Part shown: positions 22,075 through 31,211 of the stretch, in pieces
Layout: every line of letters starts with the position of its first letter
Numbering within the stretch: position 1 is the stretch's first letter
NCBI GenBank assembly: GCA_051546255.1
Contig: CP128818.1
Span: forward strand, 248,001 to 312,000
Direction: 5' to 3'
DNA: 64,000 nucleotides
Origin: Meyerozyma guilliermondii
Taxonomy: Eukaryota
The notes under the pieces: model-generated
Seen by the model: the letters and a program-made list of their open reading frames with translations, nothing else
The model's database searches: none
What the model was told of the DNA's origin: nothing
Program-made: the position numbers and the translations under genes

Positions 22075-23736
22075 ATGTGGCTCTCCAGGATGCTCTTGCT
22101 TGCTGTGTGTGGTATCTTGGTATTTGGAGTGATGCTGGTGGTACAACGGCAGGGCCAAATCGGTCTTGAAGGAGCACTTTTCTTAACCAAAAATCTGATT
22201 CGGGAGCTAAAAAACCAGCTTTTTCTGAAACAAGACCATAGTGGACCACCAACAAACCTTGAAAGCACCGCTTTACCTCGCGAATATGACCATTTCGGCA
22301 TGGAATATCCGTTTTCTAACATGATGAACCTGATATTTCCCATCGATTCGAGAATTCAGTACAATGTAAGTAACGAAACCCACGAGTTTCCAGCACGGTA
22401 CGCCTCATTTAGCCCTATAGTCAACTATAACATCGATAGCGGGTTTGGAATTTTGGACGATACAGCTTGTTCGCCGCTAAACGCTCTGGATTTCTCTCAT
22501 CTCCAGGAAAAAATCATAGTGGTGATGCGGGGCAATTGTACGTTTGTGCAAAAGATATCCAACTTGCTTGAGTTGGGTTTAGACCCACAGGCCATACTTG
22601 TTGCAAACAATGTTCGGAACCATGGATTGGTCACCATGTACTCTACCGATTTCAACCAAGACGGGACACTCCGAACTCCGGTTCTTTTCATTTCTTTCGA
22701 GGGCTACGAGCAGCTCGATGCTATTTCTGGTAGCGATGTTGACTTGCGAATTGCAGCGGCAGCTTTGGGCGGGTGGATCAATTTGGTCATTTCGGTGATG
22801 CTTTCGCCGCCTCTTGTAATTCTCATCATATACGGAGTCATCAGATGTGGGCAGATTATTAAGAGAAAACACCATAGTCGCGAGAACGAGCAGTTGGTCC
22901 GCAATCTCAAGGTCTACATCTACAACCGCAGCCACCTCATACCCGCCAGTGATTTCTACGACTACATCCGTGTGACTAATCAAACCCACGAATTGGAACA
23001 AGCACAAGCAGCGGAGCAAAATACCAGCAGTGCTACGTTGAGCAGTGCTGAACTGTCTCCACCAGCTACTCCAGCCTCAGAACTTCCTGCAATGGTGCGC
23101 GGACTCAATATTCTTGTTCCTCCTGATGATTATTTCAACGCTACAAAATGCTCTATTTGCCTTGAAAAATTCCACCCGCTTCGCTCTCGAGTGTTGCTTC
23201 TCAATTGCAAGCACTTTTATCATGAACAATGCTTGTCAAACTGGCTCATCAACTTCAAGCGGTCCTGTCCCTTGTGCAACAATTCACTCAAACTGAGCTA
23301 CCTTTTGAGCCAGCCACAGCCCAGCTATGGTGCTCTCGAAGAGTCTGTTGGAGTGAACTCTGGGGGAAGTAGCCATTATCAAGCGGAAGAAAGATCTAGC
23401 TCAGGAACTCCGGCACACGATTCTGGTCACACATCAAACTCTGCCATGCTTACTGAACAAGACACACAGCCAGCCAGAAGCGACGAAAGTGTCGTAGATG
23501 AGTCCTTGGGTGAAGTTGAAGTAGAGCCAACTGTTCCCGCAAAGGCACCATCTCTTCCACCAGGGTCCACAGCATCATTTACCACAGCCAAAACCCAACT
23601 TGAAAATCCCACTGGACCTCCACCGAGCCTGCGTCCGAAAGTATTCTCACGTCCATCACAATTGCTCCGATTCACAACGCTGAATCATGACTCCAAGGAG
23701 TTGAGTGGGAGCATTGATTCCGGTGAACTTGAGTAG
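22075..23736 (+). CDS. Membrane PA-domain / RING-H2 E3 ubiquitin ligase
   Basis: Hydrophobic N-terminus, PA motif IVVMRGNCTFVQK, TM segment, RING-H2 CSIC...LNCKHFYHEQC...W...CPLC, Ser-rich tail. Confidence 0.8.
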   Translation: MWLSRMLLLAVCGILVFGVMLVVQRQGQIGLEGALFLTKNLIRELKNQLFLKQDHSGPPTNLESTALPREYDHFGMEYPFSNMMNLIFPIDSRIQYNVSNETHEFPARYASFSPIVNYNIDSGFGILDDTACSPLNALDFSHLQEKIIVVMRGNCTFVQKISNLLELGLDPQAILVANNVRNHGLVTMYSTDFNQDGTLRTPVLFISFEGYEQLDAISGSDVDLRIAAAALGGWINLVISVMLSPPLVILIIYGVIRCGQIIKRKHHSRENEQLVRNLKVYIYNRSHLIPASDFYDYIRVTNQTHELEQAQAAEQNTSSATLSSAELSPPATPASELPAMVRGLNILVPPDDYFNATKCSICLEKFHPLRSRVLLLNCKHFYHEQCLSNWLINFKRSCPLCNNSLKLSYLLSQPQPSYGALEESVGVNSGGSSHYQAEERSSSGTPAHDSGHTSNSAMLTEQDTQPARSDESVVDESLGEVEVEPTVPAKAPSLPPGSTASFTTAKTQLENPTGPPPSLRPKVFSRPSQLLRFTTLNHDSKELSGSIDSGELE

Positions 23737-23809
23737 GTGAACCTGAGTAGGTCTGGAACCTATTCGGCAAGCTTTTCATTTACGACTTACGTTCCTATCC
23801 AATGCCATC

Positions 23810-23818
23810 ATGACTCAT
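23810..23818. promoter_or_regulatory. Optimal Gcn4/AP-1 site ATGACTCAT upstream of RDS2/CWT1
   Basis: Exact 9-mer about 320 bp upstream of the ATG. Confidence 0.5.
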
Positions 23819-24140
23819 GCTATGAAACTGCTAATATATACTGCTACGAATGACTGGTACTCATTACTCAGCTACGCTATTGAGCCACATTGCTACCAGC
23901 TACTTTGCTACCAGCTACCTTCAGCTACTCTGCTATTTTCAGCATCTTCTCAATATTTCTCAATTCTCTTTCACTTCTTTCCACTTCTCTTTCACTATCC
24001 TGAACCCTGAGCGGCCCCGGATCGGAGTTCTCTCCGATACTCACTTCATCTCCCCGGGCGCCCGGCGGTCGGAGTTTCTCGCTACGAGCACGACCTGTCC
24101 CCAGATTCTCGCGAGCCTCGAAAATGTCGTATTCGAAAAC

Positions 24141-25613
24141 ATGGAAGACTACGATTCCAGTGCTAGCATGAAGTCCGAAGACGCAGTTCTGGAAACCGCC
24201 ACCCCGGTACAACCCGATAATACCCGCAAGCGAAGGAAGAAGAAGGTAGAGATTGCCTGTGTGTACTGCAGGCGCTCGCACATGATCTGCGATGAGTCCC
24301 GGCCCTGTCAACGGTGTATAAAAAGAGGCATCGGCCACCTCTGTTACGACGAGCCATCCAATACTCAGCAGAAAAAGAAGGTTTCTTCTCTTGGGCGATC
24401 GCTGCCGGAAGTCAATACAACTCCAAATACTTATTCAGCACAAAATACTCCAACATCCCATCAGTATCTGCACCAATCACACACGCCGCTACATACGCAG
24501 CAGCCAAATCTGGCTTTACAGAACACACAACATCCTCAGCAGCATCCTCAGCAAGCGCCTTCCGAAAACGGCATTCAACAACCTTTGAATCGGCTGCAAA
24601 ATTCGGTTTTGGCACAAACCATTCCATACAATCAGGAACCATTTTTCTACTCTGAGCACGCTGGAAGTGAATTCAGCTCACTTAATGACTTTCTCTCCAT
24701 GATAGACGACCCCGATCTTGTCAACGGTGCGCTCATGGACAACAATAATGTTGTAGATTTCGGCGGAACTTCCAATAGTACGGGACTTATGGACATTCCA
24801 GAAACAGCAAACCTCACCAATATGCTTTCCTTCTCACCCACCACCAACAACATGTTTCCATCGTTCACAGAAGACCCCAAAAAACCGGCTTCAAACCCTC
24901 GAAATATCGCCTCTTCTCAACAAAATGCACCTCCCGGCCACCAGCCAGTGATCTCCGATTCCGCCCGAGATAAGTTCTTCTTGACGGCAGCAGACCCCAC
25001 CACAGAAATCTCACCAGAAGAGCGATTGAAGCAGGTTATCAAAGCCAAGCTCGAAGCAGGTCTTTTACAGCCATACAACTACGCAAAAGGTTACGCCCGA
25101 CTTCAAAGCTATATGGACAACTATATGAACGCATCCAGTCGCCAGCGCATTCTCAAGCCGTTGTCCATATTTCGGCCAGCTTTCAGAGCGATTGCGAGAA
25201 CTTTGAAGGATGTGGACTTGGTGCTTGTAGAGGAAAGCTTCGAAAGAATGCTTCTTGATTACGATCGAGTTTTCACCTCCATGGCTATTCCCGCCTGTCT
25301 CTGGAGAAGGACGGGGGAAATATACCGAGGAAACAAAGAGTTTGCGTCGCTAGTGGGCGTGAAGGCTGACGACCTCAAGGATGGAAAATTGGCAATCTAC
25401 GAGTTGATGAGTGAAGAAAGTGCTGTAAATTTCTGGGAAAAATATGGTGCCATTGCATTCGACAAGGGCCAAAAGGCAGTTTTGACAAGCTGCAATTTAC
25501 GAACAAGAGACGGAACCAAGCGTAAAAGTTGCTGCTTCAGCTTCACAATCAGACGCGATAGGTATAACATTCCCAGTTGCATTGTGGGAAACTTTATACC
25601 CATTGATCCGTGA
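24141..25613 (+). CDS. RDS2: Zn2Cys6 + PAS transcription factor (Rds2; Candida Cwt1)
   Basis: ACVYCRRSHMICDESRPCQRC zinc cluster; FFLTAADP...KLEAGLLQPYNYAKGYARLQ; PAS-like IPACLWRRTGEIY. Confidence 0.85.
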   Translation: MEDYDSSASMKSEDAVLETATPVQPDNTRKRRKKKVEIACVYCRRSHMICDESRPCQRCIKRGIGHLCYDEPSNTQQKKKVSSLGRSLPEVNTTPNTYSAQNTPTSHQYLHQSHTPLHTQQPNLALQNTQHPQQHPQQAPSENGIQQPLNRLQNSVLAQTIPYNQEPFFYSEHAGSEFSSLNDFLSMIDDPDLVNGALMDNNNVVDFGGTSNSTGLMDIPETANLTNMLSFSPTTNNMFPSFTEDPKKPASNPRNIASSQQNAPPGHQPVISDSARDKFFLTAADPTTEISPEERLKQVIKAKLEAGLLQPYNYAKGYARLQSYMDNYMNASSRQRILKPLSIFRPAFRAIARTLKDVDLVLVEESFERMLLDYDRVFTSMAIPACLWRRTGEIYRGNKEFASLVGVKADDLKDGKLAIYELMSEESAVNFWEKYGAIAFDKGQKAVLTSCNLRTRDGTKRKSCCFSFTIRRDRYNIPSCIVGNFIPIDP

Positions 25614-25651
25614 AGAAAACGACATAAACTGTCTTGATTCTTATATATTAA

Positions 25652-27757
25652 CTAATCACTCATGTCTGCCTCTGAACCATCAGACTCTTCAGCCAAGGCA
25701 TCCATTGCTTCGTCGCTATCTTCGTCTCTTTCCTTTTGAATTTTACTTTCGGCTTCATCTTCCATAGCCTGCTTCAAAAGTTGCAACTTGGTTTCCTTAG
25801 ACTTTCTTTGCACAACAACATATTGACCCAATGGGGTCTTTTGCCAGTCTGTTTCGCTCAAAAAGGTATTCACTTCAGCTCTGTTACTTGGACCATACTC
25901 GACGTTTGCTCTTTTGGCGATGATATAAGTTGCGTTGGAATTCAATTTTTCAACAAGCTGCTGCAACTGTTTGTTGAATCTGATATTTTTCGATTTCTTG
26001 ATAAATCTTCTCAATGACAAAATTGCTGGTGTGGCTAACTCAGGGAATGCAATGCTCTTACAGTGAAGCACAAAAAACTCGCTCGCCAATTCCACAAATT
26101 GCTCACTCAAACCGTCCTGGTAGGTGCGAGTTCCAAGGTAAGCCTGGTTGACCTTGATGTTATTTTCGAAATCAAAAGCAGCAAGATTGGTTCTCTTGGG
26201 GGACTTGGTGAACGCAGTGGAAGTCAAAACTTCGGAGAGTAATGGGTAAATTGGAATGTAGACTCCGGTGGATTGAGAGAGTCTGATTAAAGACCTGAGC
26301 AAATAGAATCTCAAGGGGAAGAACTGGGCTGTAGGAATCAACCTGATGGTTCCCAACGTCACTTGGACCAAAGGATATATTAACAGTCTTAATGGAGACT
26401 CTTTGTTCTTGTGTTTCAACTCGACTTCTGGGTTGCAAAATTGCGTTAATACTCTCGACCAGAAATCCAAAGAGTGACAATACTGCCAGTTGTAAACGGT
26501 CTTGTAGCCGTCCTTAGCATTGGAAGTGGCATTCATACTGTTTCTCAAGTGAATAGCCAATTGTCGAATGTACTCGTAGCCAATCTGGTAAGATATTTTC
26601 TCATCAATGCCAAATAACTCTGCTGCCGAGTTCTTGCAGACGTTGATCATAGGCATGTTGTAAACGTTTGTCTTTCTGCAATTCTGAAGGAAAGACGAGT
26701 AGGTGAGTTTCAACACCGTTTCAAGAAGCGAGCTGGAAAACTCACGAGAAACATTGTTGAGAAATGCAAATGTTGCAATTTGAGTTTCAACGTCAGGAGT
26801 AGTAGCCCAAACATTTACTACACCTGCCAAAAGCTGTTTGAGCAAACGACGATGAGAAAGGTAGTAAGGGAAAAGTTCCTGGAGTGACGACAAAACCAAG
26901 GCAGCGGTTTCTGTGTTTGTTATATCGTGAAGAAGCGTAATGTAGGATCCAGCATGCGACTTAAGAATGGAAGAAATTTGACTAACATGCTGATTCTTTT
27001 GTGGAATGGTTCTGGCGCCTGTGGATGCATTAACCTTGTACTTGATGAGCTTTTGAATGGCGGTTGGTAAGTCTTGCAAAGTAAGAACCATCAAGGCATT
27101 GAAGGCTTCTGGATCGGTAACCAAGTATTTATAGTCTTCTTCATTGGCTCGATTAATGTTAACAGCAGCCTTAAACGCTATAGCGACGTTTCTGATGAGC
27201 TTTGGTGTGGGCTTTTGCAACTTGGTGGACCATTCCTTAACCAATTCCAGAGTAATCTCGATCTTATTTGATGACTCGTCTTTCTGTTCTTTAGCTTCTT
27301 CGGTCTCTTCTGCTTCCAGTTCACTGGCACCTTCATCGTCGCTCATAGCATCCATTGGGTTCACGGCCTCAAAGTCTAACAAACCCTTGTCATTTTCCTC
27401 CAAGTATTTGTAAAATTCAGGATCTTTTTCTGCCAAGTTCTTCAAGTCGTGTTTCATGGCTTCTTCATCTTCGGACTCAGAAGACTCATCTTCGCTTTCT
27501 GGCTCCTGTTGTGCCTTCTTGCTCGACTTCTTCTCCTTGGGTACCTCGAACCCTCCCTCCATGAAGTCCTCTACGGACATATCATTGAAGACTTCCTTTG
27601 GCTGGGGCGTCGACGGCTTCTCAGTTTCATCATTGGACGACTTTTTCTTTCTGGAAAGAGCCTTTTTGTTGTGTCTTTGAACCTCCCTCCTGTGCTCAAT
27701 GGTATGCTTCAAATGCTTGCTTTGGAACTTCTTGGTTGCCTTGGAAGGTTTGGCCAT
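25652..27757 (-). CDS. NOC2: Nucleolar complex protein Noc2
   Basis: MAKPSKATKKFQSKHL, KDPEFYKYL, YIRQLAIHLR, YNWQYCHSLDFWS. Confidence 0.95.
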   Translation of the reverse strand: MAKPSKATKKFQSKHLKHTIEHRREVQRHNKKALSRKKKSSNDETEKPSTPQPKEVFNDMSVEDFMEGGFEVPKEKKSSKKAQQEPESEDESSESEDEEAMKHDLKNLAEKDPEFYKYLEENDKGLLDFEAVNPMDAMSDDEGASELEAEETEEAKEQKDESSNKIEITLELVKEWSTKLQKPTPKLIRNVAIAFKAAVNINRANEEDYKYLVTDPEAFNALMVLTLQDLPTAIQKLIKYKVNASTGARTIPQKNQHVSQISSILKSHAGSYITLLHDITNTETAALVLSSLQELFPYYLSHRRLLKQLLAGVVNVWATTPDVETQIATFAFLNNVSREFSSSLLETVLKLTYSSFLQNCRKTNVYNMPMINVCKNSAAELFGIDEKISYQIGYEYIRQLAIHLRNSMNATSNAKDGYKTVYNWQYCHSLDFWSRVLTQFCNPEVELKHKNKESPLRLLIYPLVQVTLGTIRLIPTAQFFPLRFYLLRSLIRLSQSTGVYIPIYPLLSEVLTSTAFTKSPKRTNLAAFDFENNIKVNQAYLGTRTYQDGLSEQFVELASEFFVLHCKSIAFPELATPAILSLRRFIKKSKNIRFNKQLQQLVEKLNSNATYIIAKRANVEYGPSNRAEVNTFLSETDWQKTPLGQYVVVQRKSKETKLQLLKQAMEDEAESKIQKERDEDSDEAMDALAEESDGSEADMSD

Positions 27758-27780
27758 GGTGAAGTGGTTGGTGGAAAAAT

Positions 27781-27807
27781 GCGATGAGGTTAAATTTGTG
27801 CGATGAG
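27781..27807. promoter_or_regulatory. Two PAC motifs (GCGATGAG) upstream of NOC2
   Basis: GCGATGAG at 27781-27788 and 27800-27807. Confidence 0.7.
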
Positions 27808-27898
27808 CCGTGTACGCAGGAACAAGCCAACGGCTGCGAAAGAACCATTATAAAAAGAAGAAGCGAACTACACAATAAACTCATATTTGAGACGGCAA

Positions 27899-30646
27899 TT
27901 ACCGGTGCATCTGGTCAAACACACCCTCAAATGCATTTTGGAGCCAGCTGAAAAGTTTATCGTAAACTATGGTGTCTCCATTGTGGTAATGGATCGAGTG
28001 GTCGTTGTCTGGAAAATAATGTAGATCGTAGTTTTCAACACCGTTTATGTTGAGCTTGTCCACAAGCCACGCCAGATTTTGGAAATGGACGTTGTCATCG
28101 GAGGTGCCGTGCACCAACAAAAATCTTGCACAATTTTTGAAGTTGGCAAAGTCGGTTACCTGAGTTGAGTTTGGGTATCCAGACAAAGTTGGACTCCCCA
28201 AGTACCGTTCCGTGTAGATTGAGTCGTAAAACATCCAGTTTGTTACGGGCGCAACCGCCATTCCGTACCGAATGGTTTTACCAGCGTCTAGTTCGAGTAC
28301 CTTTAATGTGACAAATGCTCCGTAGGACCAGCCCCACATTGCCGTACGAGTCGAGTCAAGAAATGCCTTGTTAACAGAGATATACTCCGACACCACAGTG
28401 AGTATATCACGAGGCTCGTAATAGCCAATGTTGTGCCGGGCATAGGTCTTGAACTTCCAACCTTGACCTTGGGTTCCGCGAGGATCGATCACCAAGATTA
28501 CCGCATTCAACGAAGCAGATATCACGTCCAAGAAGCCAAACTGGTCTCCTTTCTGCACCTGCTGAGAACCAGGTCCTCCGTAAGCGTGGACCAAGAGAGG
28601 GTGTTGCTTTTTGGGGTCAAAGTTGGGGGGAAATATTTCCATGAGATTGACGCTGAGACTCAGTCCGTCTTGGTAGGTGCCAATTTTCACCGAACGGAAG
28701 TTTCTGGTGGGCAAGTTGGTTTTCGACAATTGGGTTTGGGTCTGGTCGTAAAGATTAATAGGGTTCCTGCCACTAAAAGAAAACTTTTCTCCGCTACCCT
28801 CGGTGCCCAATTCTGCCACAGGCACTAGCCGCTGCCAAGAAGGACCAGGGCCCAAATAGACAAGATTTAGTAGCCTGCCGCCGTCGCTGAAGTGAACTTC
28901 ATAAGATCCATCTTTGCTAGTATCCGTGACAGGAATTGGGTCTCCTCCTCCAAGATCCACAGCCATAAGATGTGCATCCATGGAGCTGCGAATGGTAGCC
29001 ACAAAGTACACCCGATTATCGTCTGAGTTGTAGACTATGGGGGAGTCTTTGGTTACTTCCCAACCAGTGGATTTGGTTAGATAGTTGGGGTTTGTATCTG
29101 TGACTGAAGCATAATGCGCCAAGTGGACAAACCCATCAACTACTACTTTATCAACGTAACCTTTTCCTGGTATAATACAAGGCGGTGACATTTTCTCTAC
29201 CCAACCTCCATAGCTCTGTGAAGTGTTGAGAGTTTGGATTGTTTTACTTTCACCATTAGTAGAAATCAATACCGTAGTTAGTACTTCACTAGTACGGTCG
29301 CTCGTCAGAACAAGAAACGAAGAATTGTCGATCCAAGCTCCTCGGTAGAAGACGGGTTCTTGAGGTTGATTTTCGAGAAATACCGGTGTCGAGTCCATGT
29401 TTTTGACATTCACAGCAGTGATCGAAAAGACTGGATTTGGTGTGCCAGGCTTCGGATACTTGACCAAACTCTGCGATTTATACTGTCCAGGAAAGTCTGT
29501 TTGTGGTGGTTCATAAGTGGCCCCAACTTGCAGTGGATTTTTCACATAATAGTCAAGCTTGAACGATGGTACTAGTGTGTCGTTAAGCGAAGCATAGATC
29601 AAGGTTTCTCCGTTGGGAGCCCACCATACTAGCCTATCGCTTCCTGTAACCTCCTCTTCATAGACCCAGTCGGTCTTTCCATGGAAAATGTCAGGTGAGC
29701 CACTTGTAGTTAACTGGGTTATGTCGTCGGTTTCGAGGTCCTGGATGTATAAATCGTGGTTGTGACCAAAGACTATCTTGTCTCCACTTGGAGAGAATTC
29801 CACAAAATGAAGCTTTTCAATGGAATCAGAGCCACTAATTTTAGGTTGAATCGGGGTAAAATCACCAATCACGGTGCTGTATTTCCAGTATACCGAAAAC
29901 GACAGTTGACGCCATTGCTCCTGCCTATCTGTGACCACTATATGGTAGGTATTTTCGTTGTAAGGATGAGCGGGATTGAGATAAACTTCTTCAATGGAAA
30001 AGAAGGTATTCTTGTATGCAAATTTGGGAGATTCAAAAAGAACATGCAGCTTTTCGGAGTCGATGCTTTTGATGATAAAGCTTCCTTTGGCGCCTCGGGT
30101 GAGATATAGCCTGGAGTTCTCGACGCCGCCAGTCCTCGGGTACTGTTTCGGAGAGAGCCAAGTAACGGGAATTCTATAAGAAACACCCCAATTTTTTCTG
30201 TATAAATCCATGGTGAGGTTTTTGTTGTCTACCTTGTAGGGATTTAAAGTGACGTTGTAGCCTTGCAAATGAAGATCAGTATGCCATCGTAAGTTTGATA
30301 TAGCTTTCAGTGCCGAGAAATGCGAGTAAAATATTAGCGAAGCGATCCATAGAAGTAGTCCAGTTCCAAGAAATGTCATACATGATTTCTTCAGCAACGA
30401 ATTGGAGTTTCCCTGGTATGTGCTGAAGACAGACTTGAAGCCTATATCTTCTTCAAACCCATCAACTTGGTCCTCGAGCAGGTCTAAGACACGAGAAGCA
30501 TCTGAGTCGCTGGAGGATTTTGGCGATGCTTCATTGACGGAATCTGAAGGTGGTGGAGGGTTGCTTAGACGGGTGTTATTTGGAGGGGTTGTTGATTGTG
30601 GCACCAATTCGTACTCCTCTTGATTGTTTGACTTTTTGAATAGCAT
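27899..30646 (-). CDS. STE13: Dipeptidyl aminopeptidase A (S9B family)
   Basis: Long cytosolic N-terminus plus TM, DWVYEEE, YPKPG, GWSYG nucleophile, DDNVH, DH triad; start at first ATG (MLFKKS). Confidence 0.8.
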   Translation of the reverse strand: MLFKKSNNQEEYELVPQSTTPPNNTRLSNPPPPSDSVNEASPKSSSDSDASRVLDLLEDQVDGFEEDIGFKSVFSTYQGNSNSLLKKSCMTFLGTGLLLWIASLIFYSHFSALKAISNLRWHTDLHLQGYNVTLNPYKVDNKNLTMDLYRKNWGVSYRIPVTWLSPKQYPRTGGVENSRLYLTRGAKGSFIIKSIDSEKLHVLFESPKFAYKNTFFSIEEVYLNPAHPYNENTYHIVVTDRQEQWRQLSFSVYWKYSTVIGDFTPIQPKISGSDSIEKLHFVEFSPSGDKIVFGHNHDLYIQDLETDDITQLTTSGSPDIFHGKTDWVYEEEVTGSDRLVWWAPNGETLIYASLNDTLVPSFKLDYYVKNPLQVGATYEPPQTDFPGQYKSQSLVKYPKPGTPNPVFSITAVNVKNMDSTPVFLENQPQEPVFYRGAWIDNSSFLVLTSDRTSEVLTTVLISTNGESKTIQTLNTSQSYGGWVEKMSPPCIIPGKGYVDKVVVDGFVHLAHYASVTDTNPNYLTKSTGWEVTKDSPIVYNSDDNRVYFVATIRSSMDAHLMAVDLGGGDPIPVTDTSKDGSYEVHFSDGGRLLNLVYLGPGPSWQRLVPVAELGTEGSGEKFSFSGRNPINLYDQTQTQLSKTNLPTRNFRSVKIGTYQDGLSLSVNLMEIFPPNFDPKKQHPLLVHAYGGPGSQQVQKGDQFGFLDVISASLNAVILVIDPRGTQGQGWKFKTYARHNIGYYEPRDILTVVSEYISVNKAFLDSTRTAMWGWSYGAFVTLKVLELDAGKTIRYGMAVAPVTNWMFYDSIYTERYLGSPTLSGYPNSTQVTDFANFKNCARFLLVHGTSDDNVHFQNLAWLVDKLNINGVENYDLHYFPDNDHSIHYHNGDTIVYDKLFSWLQNAFEGVFDQMHR

Positions 30647-31211
30647 TAGATTGATAATGATCAGGTTGAATAAGGTATTGGATAGTTTGAGTTGAATCGA
30701 AAAGCTGGACACCTAAAGAAATGAAGGATATGACTGGTTTGAGTTCAATTAACGGTTCAAAGTCCGGTTGTGTTTCAATTCGTGTTCAATGTAGGTTAAT
30801 TCAACTTTGAGGAAAGTTTAAGAACCTTTTAGTTTCAATTCGGAGTAAAAGTTTTCAATTTCAGAAGCGTTTTGCTTAATATTACCAGCAGTAAGCTCAA
30901 TTCGGGTCACAATGACAACTTTTATACAAATATAATTTAACTTAAAATGTGGTCTTTTTGTCGAGTTTCATTTTACGGCTCAATTACCACTTTAGCACTT
31001 CCCGAAAAGTTATTCAGAAGATTGTGCAATACTGCTTATCATATGATACCACTTGTAGCACCACTTAGCACTAAATAACAACTTATCTTTTTGTCTCGAT
31101 CTCTCTCTCTCGCTCTCTCAATCTGTCTAAATCTTGGCTGTCGCGCGCGGGCTCCCAATCGGCCTATTTCAGCCAACTCTGCGATCTGTTTAGGCGCCAC
31201 GAATCCCACCA

